Below are positions 25,511 to 35,731 of a stretch of DNA of 53,078 nt, piece after piece. The DNA lies in IMG/VR virus record IMGVR_UViG_3300033067_001252, positions 1 through 53,078 of that record; one strand, 5' to 3'. This DNA is from a virus (lineage: Duplodnaviria; Caudoviricetes). Both the position numbers and the translations under genes were made by a program. How positions within the stretch are numbered: position 1 is the first letter of the stretch; each line of letters opens with the position of its first letter. Below the pieces are notes generated by a model that was not told the origin of the DNA, did no database searches, and saw nothing but the letters and a program-made list of their open reading frames with translations.

Positions 25511-27853
25511 ATGGCAAAAGAATCCCGTTATGATAGTTATGAGCTGATCCCCCCGGATTGTGGTTTGTGGGAAAACCGTTCTTATGTGGATGACTCCATT
25601 GAGCACTTTATAAGCTGTACTAATATGTGGCTCACAGACAAGAAGACGCTCCGTACGCGCCCAGGGTTTTCCCTTAAACAAGCAGATACTATCGTTGGCA
25701 AGCGGGTGCGGAAAATCTGGGCATATGAAACCTTCTCTCCCGCATCCACCACGGTTTTGTCCTACCTCATCTGTGCCGCCCAGGATGTGGTTACAGATTT
25801 ATACTCCCTCTACTGGATGCCAGCGGGTGGGGTTACATGGAATCTCGTAAATTCCTTAAGAGGGTGTAACTCTGGACAACGGTGCCCCATGTTAACAATT
25901 TCCCGTGGCTTGGCTTATGTGAAAACCTTCCCAGGGTCTTTAGTGGATGTCCTTGGGACTATCGTCTTAGACGGCACCTCTGGGTCTATTTATACCAAAC
26001 CATGGGGGTTATTGGGGCCGGAAAATCCTGCTCAAATCTCGGGGGTTATCTCTCACCTCACGGCGGATATTGAAGTCGCCACGGTTACTCTTAACGTCCC
26101 AGATACATCGATATTCCCCGCCGCACCATTTCCCGTGTGGGTTGGGGAGGAGCAAATGAATGTAACTGCTAAGCCCACGGCAACTACGTTAACTGTCACC
26201 AGGGCTTATGGGGCCACCATTGCCTCTAAACACCGAGATGGGGAACTTGTACGTTATCTCGATTGGGGGGCATCCGATCACCAAGTTACCACTAAATACG
26301 GGTGGACTTATTCTTATGCGTATAAATCCATAACTGGGGCCATTAGTAACCGAGCACCAGTGGAACCGAACCCGGATCTACTCCCCTCGTTCACGGGGCC
26401 ATTCTTAGACCTCGTTCCCAAGATTACATTAACGGGCCACGCGGATACAACTAATGTGCCCACAATTCAAATTTACCGAACCACAGATGGTGGGGGAGAG
26501 TCGTTTTATTTATTAGAGGAAATTGATAACCCTGGTGCGGGTCCATTTACCTATTACGATGATTCGTTCGGAACTGGCCCCACTACGTCAACTTATAACG
26601 ATCCGGTGCCGGATGATAAGATCGATACCGCAACTGGAACCCCCACTCTTGTATCTAACTCCCCTCCCCCAACGGTAGTTCCCCCAAGCGTAATTGGTTC
26701 CGATCCTATTCAATTAAATTCCTTCGCGATGACAAATCATGTAAGGAGAATCTTCTTCTCCGTGGGGAATTATCTTTATTATTCATCCTACGAGGAACTC
26801 CTTTGCGGTATTCCCGAGGAGGAATTTGCTACGGATTTAGCGGCTGGTGGGGCGAATTACATGGCGTTTAATGACGTTATTGTAGCCCTCGCGAGTGATA
26901 ATGAGTCCCTTTGGATTTTCACCACTAAGAATACCTATCGTCTTTTTGGTTCCACGAAGGATTCGTTTTATGTAACAAAGGTTTTTGATACCGGAGCGAG
27001 AGTGACAGAGCTTAATGCCGCTGCTGCCTCGTCAAACGGTCAGATTGCATTTATCGCAAATTCCGGGGCGGTTTACATGATCTCAGATAACGGGGCGTCT
27101 TTAAATCGTATCTCCGACCCAATGCCGTTAACCGGGGGTCAAGCAATCACAACTGGTTCCGCATACGCTTCGTTGTATTTTTATAAAACCGCGAATCAGG
27201 AATTCCTCTTCCTCGCCTCATCCTCCTTCCCCTCCGTGGTGTCCTCCGAGATTTATCTCTACGACGTTGGGCTCTCCAAGGAACGAAGAAAACCCGTATG
27301 GCTCTCAAGATGGAGTCTAGCAGGGAATGTAAGCGCCTTTGGGGCTTTTGAGGGGTATTCTTCCCTGGTAACGGGGGTTTTCGTATCCCTCTGTACCCTT
27401 TCAGAATCCATCGTCACACAGTTAAGGGAATCAACTCTAGTGGCCCCCACGGATTTACAAGTCAACGGAAGTTCCTCTTCCTACTCCTCTGGGATACTTT
27501 CAATGCCGATCCGCATTCCCCCAGGGAACCACGTTAATACTTTTAACCGCCCCACAAGGGATGTAAAGTCTACTAGAATAGTCGTGTATACTTTCCCCGC
27601 CTCACCAGGGTTATACTCCGCCCCCCTTGTTAGCTATGTTCAGGACGCAAATGGAGGGGCTATTCAGCGCGAACCCCAGGACCCACCGAGGATTCAATAC
27701 ACCTCTGGGGGGTTATACGAAATCCGAGTTTACCCCATTGATAAGGATTGTTACCGGATAATCGCGCAAATTTTGGGCAACCCTGGGGAGTATTTGGATA
27801 TCTATGGCTTCGTGGTGGAATTTGAGCCCCACAATACCGCGACTACGGTTTAA
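25511..27853 (+). CDS. Tail nozzle / packaged-DNA stabilisation protein-like (beta-propeller) with inserted domains
   Basis: N-terminal N.W.....LRTRPG; LYYS...PE; IVALAS..ESLWIFT; inserted LTADI...FP...EQM.VT...LTVTRAY..T.A..H module. Confidence 0.7.
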   Translation: MAKESRYDSYELIPPDCGLWENRSYVDDSIEHFISCTNMWLTDKKTLRTRPGFSLKQADTIVGKRVRKIWAYETFSPASTTVLSYLICAAQDVVTDLYSLYWMPAGGVTWNLVNSLRGCNSGQRCPMLTISRGLAYVKTFPGSLVDVLGTIVLDGTSGSIYTKPWGLLGPENPAQISGVISHLTADIEVATVTLNVPDTSIFPAAPFPVWVGEEQMNVTAKPTATTLTVTRAYGATIASKHRDGELVRYLDWGASDHQVTTKYGWTYSYAYKSITGAISNRAPVEPNPDLLPSFTGPFLDLVPKITLTGHADTTNVPTIQIYRTTDGGGESFYLLEEIDNPGAGPFTYYDDSFGTGPTTSTYNDPVPDDKIDTATGTPTLVSNSPPPTVVPPSVIGSDPIQLNSFAMTNHVRRIFFSVGNYLYYSSYEELLCGIPEEEFATDLAAGGANYMAFNDVIVALASDNESLWIFTTKNTYRLFGSTKDSFYVTKVFDTGARVTELNAAAASSNGQIAFIANSGAVYMISDNGASLNRISDPMPLTGGQAITTGSAYASLYFYKTANQEFLFLASSSFPSVVSSEIYLYDVGLSKERRKPVWLSRWSLAGNVSAFGAFEGYSSLVTGVFVSLCTLSESIVTQLRESTLVAPTDLQVNGSSSSYSSGILSMPIRIPPGNHVNTFNRPTRDVKSTRIVVYTFPASPGLYSAPLVSYVQDANGGAIQREPQDPPRIQYTSGGLYEIRVYPIDKDCYRIIAQILGNPGEYLDIYGFVVEFEPHNTATTV

Positions 27854-27860
27854 TTTTTAA

Positions 27861-28667
27861 ATGCTCTCACCAGAGGATCTCAAACAAGTTCAGGATTTAA
27901 TTCGCATTGGGACTACCCAAGGGAATCCTTCGCAATTCAAGAGTGATTATGGAAGATTGCTAAATCAAACCAAATCTTTCGAGGGCGGGGGTTTACTACC
28001 TCAACCTGGAGGCGGAAAGCGGTTGCCTTCAGTCACTTCGTTAAGGTTACTTAAGAATTCTCCCGCAGTTGGTGGGGCAAAGATTGCGGTCACCTGGAAT
28101 GATGAACAACTAACCTCGTTGGATAAAATCCAAATCCAAGTGTGGGCTTCGGGGGATTTTGCGCTTATCAGCAAGTTTTCAAACCCTACCGACATAAACA
28201 CCTTCACCCTCCCCAAATACTTCGCCTCGTTTGTATTCGATACCGCTCCGGGGGAATTTTTTATCCCTGCCTCCCAGGCTATGACTGTGGTTATCACCGC
28301 CGCTACGTTGCATTCCTCCGGGGTGGTTTCCCTTCCGCAGTTTCAGGCTACCCTCGCGGTTTCCATCACCCCTCTGGCGGCAAATGTGGAGCACCCTACG
28401 AGTTCGTTTAATGTGTCGTATTCAATTCCGACCACACACATTGTAGATACCACCGCTGGGAGTGTGACCGCAACTCTTCCGCCCATCAATTCCTGCCCCC
28501 AAGGTTTGACCCACATTTTTAAAAAAATCTCCTCTGATGGAAATTCCATGACCATAGGTGGACCGCAGAATATCGATGGTGCCGCCACGTTATCCACCCC
28601 GTTACAATACGTTTCCTACGTAATCACAGCGGACACAGTGAGTAACAAATGGTGGTTAATCCGATAA
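27861..28667 (+). CDS. Tail-associated protein with a fibre-like C-terminal domain
   Basis: VDTTAGSVTATLP...G....FKKI..DGN..TI.....IDGA. Confidence 0.7.
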   Translation: MLSPEDLKQVQDLIRIGTTQGNPSQFKSDYGRLLNQTKSFEGGGLLPQPGGGKRLPSVTSLRLLKNSPAVGGAKIAVTWNDEQLTSLDKIQIQVWASGDFALISKFSNPTDINTFTLPKYFASFVFDTAPGEFFIPASQAMTVVITAATLHSSGVVSLPQFQATLAVSITPLAANVEHPTSSFNVSYSIPTTHIVDTTAGSVTATLPPINSCPQGLTHIFKKISSDGNSMTIGGPQNIDGAATLSTPLQYVSYVITADTVSNKWWLIR

Positions 28668-28694
28668 TAATTCAAATGAAAGGAGCCGCATAAA

Positions 28695-28859
28695 ATGGCT
28701 ATCGTTACCCGGAAGTTTACGTGTAAAAACTGTGAGGAAACCCACAAGGTTACATACGAACAAGAGGAACTAAAGACGAAAAGTGAAGCGACAAAGGATG
28801 GGGAGAGCCTCATTCTCTTCGGGCTTTGTAAGAAGTGCTTTGGTTCCAATCACTTATAA
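28695..28859 (+). CDS. 54-aa zinc-ribbon protein (not in the ORF track)
   Basis: AAAGGAG RBS; MAIVTRKFTCKNC...LCKKCFGSNHL with two CxxC. Confidence 0.8.
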   Translation: MAIVTRKFTCKNCEETHKVTYEQEELKTKSEATKDGESLILFGLCKKCFGSNHL

Positions 28860-28908
28860 TTAACCCCCGGAGTGGGTGATAAAATGAATTAAGGAGAGTT
28901 ATATTTAA

Positions 28909-31578
28909 ATGCCTGATTTAATGGGTGCCGGTTCAGTCGCGAGTGCTGGGGCGCAGATTCTATCTTCGATTTTACAAAATTCCCAGTTCAACAAAGCCCG
29001 CCAAGATCGGTTAAACGCGGGGGATAATCTCCTTCAGTATGTGAATGATAATAACCTCCCCCCAGGTTACCTTGAGAACGCTTATCAAATCCTTCTACGG
29101 GAGATGTTGGATAAGAACAAGGGCTACGAGGATTCCTTTAGTGGCCTCCAGAATATGTTCTATTCGGGGATTGGGGATTATCGTCAGAATTTCGATAAGA
29201 TCTTCACCCCCCAAACGGATAACCCAACTCTCCAGTATCTTCGTTCGAGAATGGAGGAGGGACAGAATCAAACAAACCCTTCGATAGAACAGTTTTTACA
29301 AATTGCGCAAAACGGGGGCCAAACCCAGAACAACCAAGCCCTCTTCGATACTTTGATGTCCCACGGTTCGATGGCGAATCCTTATATTCGGAATCTCGTG
29401 GACATCGGTGGGAATATCCTCCAGAATGGGGGAATGACTCCGTATACACAAAATGCCTCTGACGTAGCGGGTTATTTTATCCGTAATGGGGGCATGGATG
29501 GGAACACCCAGAATCTTTATGACGCGGGTTTTGCTAATAGGGACACCGCAGCGGGGGGAATTCAAAGAGCGGATGCGTTAGGCCAAGCTGGGAGGAATAC
29601 TCTTAATTTTGGACAAAATGTAATCCAGGATGCACAACGAACTGGGGGTTATGATGCTAATGGCCAACAGCAGTTTAACCTAGGGATGAATGGGATTAAT
29701 GGGATGAAGGATTTCTTTGGCCAAGATCCCATGAGCATCCTAGGTGCGACTGGGCAACAGACGATTAACGATCTTCGTAACAACCCGTATACCCAACAAG
29801 GGTTTGATACCACACAGGCTACGTTACAAAATTTTCTAAACCGCCCCAACATCTCAGGAAACGATCAAGCGATTATCAATGCGGCTTTCCCGCAAGCATT
29901 CGGTACTTCCCCCACCGCACAACAAAACATGGGAATCGCCCAGGGTATCGCAGGACAGGATATCAACGCCCTCGCTCCGTGGTTTCAACAATTCATGTCC
30001 CAGGGGAATAACTTAATGAGCCAATTCCAAGGGATGGGGGCAAATACGATTAGTGGTGGGGGTGGTGGAGGTGGGGTTAGTTACTCACCTATGAGCCGGG
30101 ATTTAGGACCCGTTGATCCACTTATTCAACAAAATCTTGAAAAGGCCCTAGCGGAGTTCCAGAATAACCCCCTTCTAAGTGACCAAGAGGTGGCCTCATT
30201 CGCAAGGGATTCCGCCTCTACTGCCGCAAGACAAGCCGGTTTAGCTGCGGTTAAAAAGGCGGCTGCAATGGGTGGTCCCGCTCCTACGATTGCTGGTGGT
30301 GGTCAGATGGATTCTGCGATTCGTTCTTTCGCGGATGAATCTATGCGGGCACAATCCCAGGCGATGAAGGACGCGATAATGAAGAACGCGGAAATGAGGT
30401 TAACGCGGAGTGGTCAGCAAAGTGATTTAGCCAAGGCTCTTGCATCTATCAAACTTGGTCGTGAGGACATCTTTGGAAAGATGAACATCGCGGACGCAAA
30501 TAACGCCACCCAAGCCGGAATTGCCAATGCTCAAATGGCGGATTCTGCGGCGGGAAGATCCTTACAAGCGCAAATCGCGAATGCAAATAACCAACAAGCG
30601 ATGGCGCGGCTTATGAGTGATCTCTACGGGACTATGCTTGGGAGTGCGACCACACAACGCGGGCAAAATGTGTCATCCCAAAGTGCGGGCTTAGGGGCCT
30701 TAAGTGACCTCACGAATGCGAATTCAAATTCACAAAAGAACTTTTTAGATGCCCTAAATGCCGCCGCTGGTAGGGGGCAGTCACAATATAACGCGAATTT
30801 AGCGGCTTCAAGTGACGCCTTAGGGCAACTTGGTCAATACGGAACGCAGAGGAATAATGCTTTAACGAGTGTTCTTGGAGCCCTTGGGGATGCTTCGGGG
30901 CAAATTACCTCACGGGGTAATAACATGATGGATAATTTTACCGCGTTAATGAACAGTGCGGGTAATAACGCTGCGTCAAAATATGGTGCCGCTATGGGTG
31001 CAGGTGCGGATATTATGGGAACCGGGATGAGTGGGATGAATGCTGGTGTGACTGGATACAACTCAGCGGTGGATAATATGAACAAGGCTCTTGGAATTTC
31101 ACAAGGTGCTTTAGGGATCGCAAATGATCGGCTCCGTAATTACGCGGATATCTTTAAAACCTCAACGGATGACTCCACAAAGAGGATGCAACTTGGGGCG
31201 CAGATGACCGGACAAGGAATGGATGCTATGAAGGGATTCTTAGATTCCGCAGCGGGGGTTACTAAACAACAGCAAGACTACGCTGCGGCGATGGGTAATA
31301 ACGCGGCGAATCTTTACAAAGTAAACCAAGATGCGAATGCTAGCTATGGGAATACTGCGGCGAACTTCGCTAGTGTGGATAACAGCAATCGTAAACTAAT
31401 GAATGACGCCTTCTTAGGCTACATAAACGGACTCAATACCGGAATCGGAAATAACAACACCGCGTGGGGGCAATCAATCGCGCCTTATATGGGGATTCTA
31501 AATGCACAAATGCAATATCTTACTGGAACACAAAGTTTAATGGGCAATTACGGCGGAATGTTTGGTGGAGGACGGTAA
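28909..31578 (+). CDS. Putative DNA ejection/pilot protein (G/N/Q/A/M-rich, helical)
   Basis: Hydrophobic Gly/Ala N-terminus, low-complexity helical repeats, position at the end of a podoviral tail module; TGaTAAAAT and AAGGAG upstream. Confidence 0.75.
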   Translation: MPDLMGAGSVASAGAQILSSILQNSQFNKARQDRLNAGDNLLQYVNDNNLPPGYLENAYQILLREMLDKNKGYEDSFSGLQNMFYSGIGDYRQNFDKIFTPQTDNPTLQYLRSRMEEGQNQTNPSIEQFLQIAQNGGQTQNNQALFDTLMSHGSMANPYIRNLVDIGGNILQNGGMTPYTQNASDVAGYFIRNGGMDGNTQNLYDAGFANRDTAAGGIQRADALGQAGRNTLNFGQNVIQDAQRTGGYDANGQQQFNLGMNGINGMKDFFGQDPMSILGATGQQTINDLRNNPYTQQGFDTTQATLQNFLNRPNISGNDQAIINAAFPQAFGTSPTAQQNMGIAQGIAGQDINALAPWFQQFMSQGNNLMSQFQGMGANTISGGGGGGGVSYSPMSRDLGPVDPLIQQNLEKALAEFQNNPLLSDQEVASFARDSASTAARQAGLAAVKKAAAMGGPAPTIAGGGQMDSAIRSFADESMRAQSQAMKDAIMKNAEMRLTRSGQQSDLAKALASIKLGREDIFGKMNIADANNATQAGIANAQMADSAAGRSLQAQIANANNQQAMARLMSDLYGTMLGSATTQRGQNVSSQSAGLGALSDLTNANSNSQKNFLDALNAAAGRGQSQYNANLAASSDALGQLGQYGTQRNNALTSVLGALGDASGQITSRGNNMMDNFTALMNSAGNNAASKYGAAMGAGADIMGTGMSGMNAGVTGYNSAVDNMNKALGISQGALGIANDRLRNYADIFKTSTDDSTKRMQLGAQMTGQGMDAMKGFLDSAAGVTKQQQDYAAAMGNNAANLYKVNQDANASYGNTAANFASVDNSNRKLMNDAFLGYINGLNTGIGNNNTAWGQSIAPYMGILNAQMQYLTGTQSLMGNYGGMFGGGR

Positions 31579-31583
31579 TTTAA

Positions 31584-33710
31584 ATGCCCTTAGAACTAGA
31601 TCAAGATCAACTTCAGAAGGAACTTGAAGAAAAACGTAAGCGCGAAAATGCCGTTTACGAACAGAGATTAAATGATATTCAAAACCGCCTCATGGGACAA
31701 TCCCCCCAGGTGGACCAAGTTTACCTCTCCCCCGATGAGTTAAAAAATTATAAATCCCGCCTCACATCAAACCTCGATAAGCGAGAGGAACTTCGGGATT
31801 ACCTCATGGGGATGTTGTTTAAGAAGACAATTGATCCCACCGACCCAATGGCGGATATGATCGTAGAGAGAACTCCTGGGAAGATGGCTAAGGAGTTTCG
31901 ACAAGAAGATCGCGCGGGGAAATCCAAGATTGGAAATTTCTTCCGTGATATTGACTACGCTTTAAGTAATTACGGAACACGAGATCGGCAAATTGCTTCT
32001 AATCGCCAAAAGGAAGCTATGCAACTTTTGGATAATGTCCTTAAGGATCAAGGTGGAGAGATTCAACGCGGGTTCGGAATGCAGAACACCATGGCAAAGG
32101 CTAATGCAGATAGGGAACAAAAGGGGGTTATCGCGGGGGCTAATATTGCGCAAAAGCAACAGGATATGGATCAAAAGGAAGCCGCAAGAGCCCAAACTTT
32201 TGACCAACTTCGTAAGGTAACTGATGCCAAAATTGGGAGAATGGATTCCCAAAATCAAATGGACATTTGGCGTAGGCAATTTTCTCCCTTTGGTCAAGGC
32301 GGCTCCAAGGAACTTCAGGATGCGAAGTTACTCTATAACATGGAAAAGAATGGGGATAAAGAAGGCGCTGCAAAACTCCGTAAGGAACTCCAGGATAGCC
32401 GCGCTCAAAAACTTTTAATGGAACTTGCTGGTAAGGGCGGATTTGGTTCCACTAGAAATCAGGTTATCCAGGGCACAGATGCTAATGGAAATCTTCTCAT
32501 CAAAAATGTTCCGGTAACCACAACTCCGGGGGAAAATCCATTTCGCCAAATGTTTATGGACCAACTCCAGAGGGACAAGGGTGCGGCCCCCAATTCCCCC
32601 ACACAAGTTAAGTCACCTCAAAACGTGGCGCAAAATTTGACACAAGAGGCGGTTAATCAGACTTCGCCTAAAAAAGCCGTAGCGGTGGTTAATAAGGCCC
32701 TAGAGAACGCGGCTTCGGATAGCCAGAAACAGTATATCGCCGCCCAAGGTTTGACGAAGGGACTTACTGCGGATCAGATTAAGAATGACGCAATTAAGGC
32801 CAAGATGGGGGGACAGTATACAATTGAAGACGCTCCTCTAGGTGATGGCGTTGTGAATACCGGGATGAAGAAAACGGGAGCCGCTGGTAAGGATATTAAA
32901 GAATGGGCGGATATGGATAGTAAAATCACCTCTGGAACTACGGAACTTTTGAAATTCGCCTCCACTGGGAAATTGAATAAAGTATTCGGTCCAGGAAATA
33001 ATTGGCTATCCACAATGACGGCGTTATCTAAAGCCGCACCATTTGGAATCGGAAAACTTATTGCCCCCGGAAATTCCGATAACCCCACTCATGAAGTGGA
33101 ACGTATGTATCCGGGGATTACGAAATCCAGCGATCCAGATGTACAGCGGTTTGTGAATACTATGGAGAGTTTGATTCCCGCCGCAAAAGCCGCTGTTCAG
33201 TTACTTGAAACAGGTAAGGTTACTAACGAACAGGAAATGGAGAGATTAAATCTTCGGTTCCCTAAGATTACAGATACCCCCGAGGTTGCGGTTCAGAAGT
33301 TGGTTTCAACGGCGATTACCATTAGGATGACCTCCTATCTCGCGTCAAAGAATTATACTCGGGAGCAGATTCAAAAAATTAATTCATATATGGGGGCGTA
33401 TCTAACTCCTAGAGTTAAGGAAATTTCTGATAAGGTTTTTAACGGTCGCGCCTTGAATGCGAATGGAGTTATTGGCTCCCCATCTGATGTCGTTAGGGAT
33501 ATTAATCTCAGGGCCTTAGATCCAGAGGATACTATTGGTGTGGCCCTGGAGAATGCGGCCAAACAAAGCGGGGTTCCGTTTGATGATCTAGTCAAGTCTG
33601 TGGGGCTAAAAGCACGTAAGTTAGTTCCTGATAATTCCCCCGCTATCGGAACTCCCCAGAGTGCGGAAGATAGGTTAAATCAAATTCGTAAAAAATACGG
33701 AGTCAAATAA
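31584..33710 (+). CDS. Putative internal virion/ejection protein
   Basis: 708-aa helical protein, second of three large terminal genes. Confidence 0.7.
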   Translation: MPLELDQDQLQKELEEKRKRENAVYEQRLNDIQNRLMGQSPQVDQVYLSPDELKNYKSRLTSNLDKREELRDYLMGMLFKKTIDPTDPMADMIVERTPGKMAKEFRQEDRAGKSKIGNFFRDIDYALSNYGTRDRQIASNRQKEAMQLLDNVLKDQGGEIQRGFGMQNTMAKANADREQKGVIAGANIAQKQQDMDQKEAARAQTFDQLRKVTDAKIGRMDSQNQMDIWRRQFSPFGQGGSKELQDAKLLYNMEKNGDKEGAAKLRKELQDSRAQKLLMELAGKGGFGSTRNQVIQGTDANGNLLIKNVPVTTTPGENPFRQMFMDQLQRDKGAAPNSPTQVKSPQNVAQNLTQEAVNQTSPKKAVAVVNKALENAASDSQKQYIAAQGLTKGLTADQIKNDAIKAKMGGQYTIEDAPLGDGVVNTGMKKTGAAGKDIKEWADMDSKITSGTTELLKFASTGKLNKVFGPGNNWLSTMTALSKAAPFGIGKLIAPGNSDNPTHEVERMYPGITKSSDPDVQRFVNTMESLIPAAKAAVQLLETGKVTNEQEMERLNLRFPKITDTPEVAVQKLVSTAITIRMTSYLASKNYTREQIQKINSYMGAYLTPRVKEISDKVFNGRALNANGVIGSPSDVVRDINLRALDPEDTIGVALENAAKQSGVPFDDLVKSVGLKARKLVPDNSPAIGTPQSAEDRLNQIRKKYGVK

Positions 33711-35242
33711 TGCCCCTTGGTAAGAAAAATGATTTTGATTACGTAGTTGAGCGCCTCGGTATTACCGCTAAGGACATCGCTGATACTGCGGATAAGTATA
33801 AAATTGACGAAGACAAAGCCTTTCAACTTGCCGTGTTAGAAAAGGCGATGACTCCTCCCTTGAAAAATTCATATGTAGGAAATCCCCAGTATAACTCCTC
33901 CCCGGCGTATCAAAAAGTTGGTGGTTTAAAGATCCCCATTCCAACGGGGAATAATATGGAGGCACTCACGGGTGGAATCGGAGGAGCTATGGCGGGAGCT
34001 ATCGGTGGTTCTCCTATGGGTCCTGCTGGAGCGGCTCTCGGGGCTATGGTTGGAGGCGCAGGTGGAGCGTCTACGTCATATATCATGAATTCTCTTAGAG
34101 GTACTCAAGGGGAAGGGTCCTCAATGAACAGAATCCTTGATATTGCGGCACCCGGAGTTGGAGGGGCGATTAGTAAAATTTCTAAACTTGGCCCCACCGC
34201 TAAGGGTTTGATCAATACCGCTGCGGATTCTCTTATGGCATATTTAGCGGATTCAAAGGATAATGAGAACTCCGCAACGGATGGGAAAAGTCCTCTAGGA
34301 AGAGCGGCTTTAACTGCGGGGTTGGGGGGAGCTATGACGAGTTTATCCCGACAAGCCGGAAAACAAATGGCAAATGCTTCCTTGGCGGATGCGATTAGTG
34401 AACCAATGTCCCCCAAAGCTGCGGGTTTACAAAGTGGGGCAAGAGCAACGTTACAACTAATGGCAACTGACCCCAAGTTTGCCAAGGAATCCGCATTACT
34501 ACAAGCCACCCCGGAATTAAAGAAATTCGTTAAGGACAATCCAGAGAAACTCTATGATTATGTCCTTGCTCCAATCACCGGGGCTAAAAACCAAGCGGAA
34601 CTTAAAAATAGTATCCCTCTCTTAAAGGAACGTTTTTCTGTACTCCCTAAGTTAACCGGGGGTAATCCAGAAGATGTGATGCAGGGACTTCGGTCTTCAT
34701 TTTTTAATTCCGTCGCTAAATCCCCCGATGGTTCTCGTGTGACAAATCCTGATTCATTTAAGATGAGATTAAATGAAATGGGATCGGAAGTCACGAATGT
34801 AATCATGGGGAAGGATGCTTATGAGAAGTTAAATATTTTAAGTGAAGCGGCATCGAAGGCGGGGGCGTTAGGTAGATTTGCTATCCGAATGGGGGACGGT
34901 CACATGTGGGTGGCAAAGATGGTTCCCTTGGATAAGGATGTGAAAATGACTGGAAAGGTTATGGACACCGGAAAGGCATTTTCTATGTTATCAACTCCAA
35001 TCTCTGGGGTTAAGGGAGCGGCTCTCGCTGGAGGTATTCAGGGATATGAGGTTATTAAAATTGGGATAGATAAGGTTTTGAATAAAACGGATAAGAAAAC
35101 CTTGATGGCCATTTCATCGGGACTCATGAATTCTTCCTCAAATTCCGTGGTGAATAAACTTACGGAGTGGTTCGAGAAGAATGGGGAAAAAATTAAGGTC
35201 CCAGGCGAAATTGAAGCCCAGGACCCTCGTTCTATTTTTTAG
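33710..35242 (+). CDS. Putative internal virion/ejection protein with a glycine zipper
   Basis: GGIGGAMAGAIGG.PMGPAGAALGAMVGGAGG membrane-inserting motif; TAATG coupling. Confidence 0.75.
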   Translation: MPLGKKNDFDYVVERLGITAKDIADTADKYKIDEDKAFQLAVLEKAMTPPLKNSYVGNPQYNSSPAYQKVGGLKIPIPTGNNMEALTGGIGGAMAGAIGGSPMGPAGAALGAMVGGAGGASTSYIMNSLRGTQGEGSSMNRILDIAAPGVGGAISKISKLGPTAKGLINTAADSLMAYLADSKDNENSATDGKSPLGRAALTAGLGGAMTSLSRQAGKQMANASLADAISEPMSPKAAGLQSGARATLQLMATDPKFAKESALLQATPELKKFVKDNPEKLYDYVLAPITGAKNQAELKNSIPLLKERFSVLPKLTGGNPEDVMQGLRSSFFNSVAKSPDGSRVTNPDSFKMRLNEMGSEVTNVIMGKDAYEKLNILSEAASKAGALGRFAIRMGDGHMWVAKMVPLDKDVKMTGKVMDTGKAFSMLSTPISGVKGAALAGGIQGYEVIKIGIDKVLNKTDKKTLMAISSGLMNSSSNSVVNKLTEWFEKNGEKIKVPGEIEAQDPRSIF

Positions 35243-35244
35243 AT

Positions 35245-35529
35245 TTAAACTGCTACACCAGCGTGTTTGAGGTAATGGGTCTTACCACGGAGACGGTGGA
35301 ATTCGGTCCAGAACTTCCTTCGTTCGTTTCTGGTAAAATCCGTCTTCGCTAAGGCCCGTCGAAGGGATATTTTCCTAGCGGTTTCCTTCACGTGCTTATC
35401 CCCAATTGCTCGTTGTGTTCTGGCAGCAGCTACTCTTTTTCCATCCAGGGTGTTTAAATAACAGATGGTAACGGGGCCGCTGTATTCAAAGTCTACCAAA
35501 TAGGTAGTGTTATCGACATTAAGTTTCAT
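35245..35529 (-). CDS. Small basic phage protein
   Basis: GD...KETARKISLRRAL.....R.ER..FW motif of a common phage family. Confidence 0.8.
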   Translation of the reverse strand: MKLNVDNTTYLVDFEYSGPVTICYLNTLDGKRVAAARTQRAIGDKHVKETARKISLRRALAKTDFTRNERRKFWTEFHRLRGKTHYLKHAGVAV

Positions 35530-35731
35530 TAAATTTTAAACATCCCTTCTTTGTTCAGTTTAACTAGCGTCACTCGGATGTCCTCTGGGGTGAACATTAA
35601 TGATTCGTCATCTTCCTCATTTGTTCTATTTATCTCTGCTGCTATTTTCTTTCGGGCTGTTCTGCATCGATTGCGCCCACTATATAGGTTGCTACATACG
35701 GTACGTGCGCGAAATACATTCGTTGCGACAT
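35529..35731 (-). pseudogene. Frameshifted small gene (about 67 aa if repaired)
   Basis: TAATG overlaps at both ends but the length is 203 nt; adding 1 nt near 35658 gives MSQRMYFAHVPYVATYIVGAIDAEQARKKIAAEIN...EGMFKI. Confidence 0.7.

Noticed and set aside
28909-31578. Tape measure protein
   Set aside because: No tail tube, terminator or chaperone genes; context and composition fit podoviral ejection proteins
5213-34806. Numerous short ORFs antisense to or nested in the large plus-strand genes
   Set aside because: Shadow ORFs of long, motif-bearing genes; no RBS or family signal
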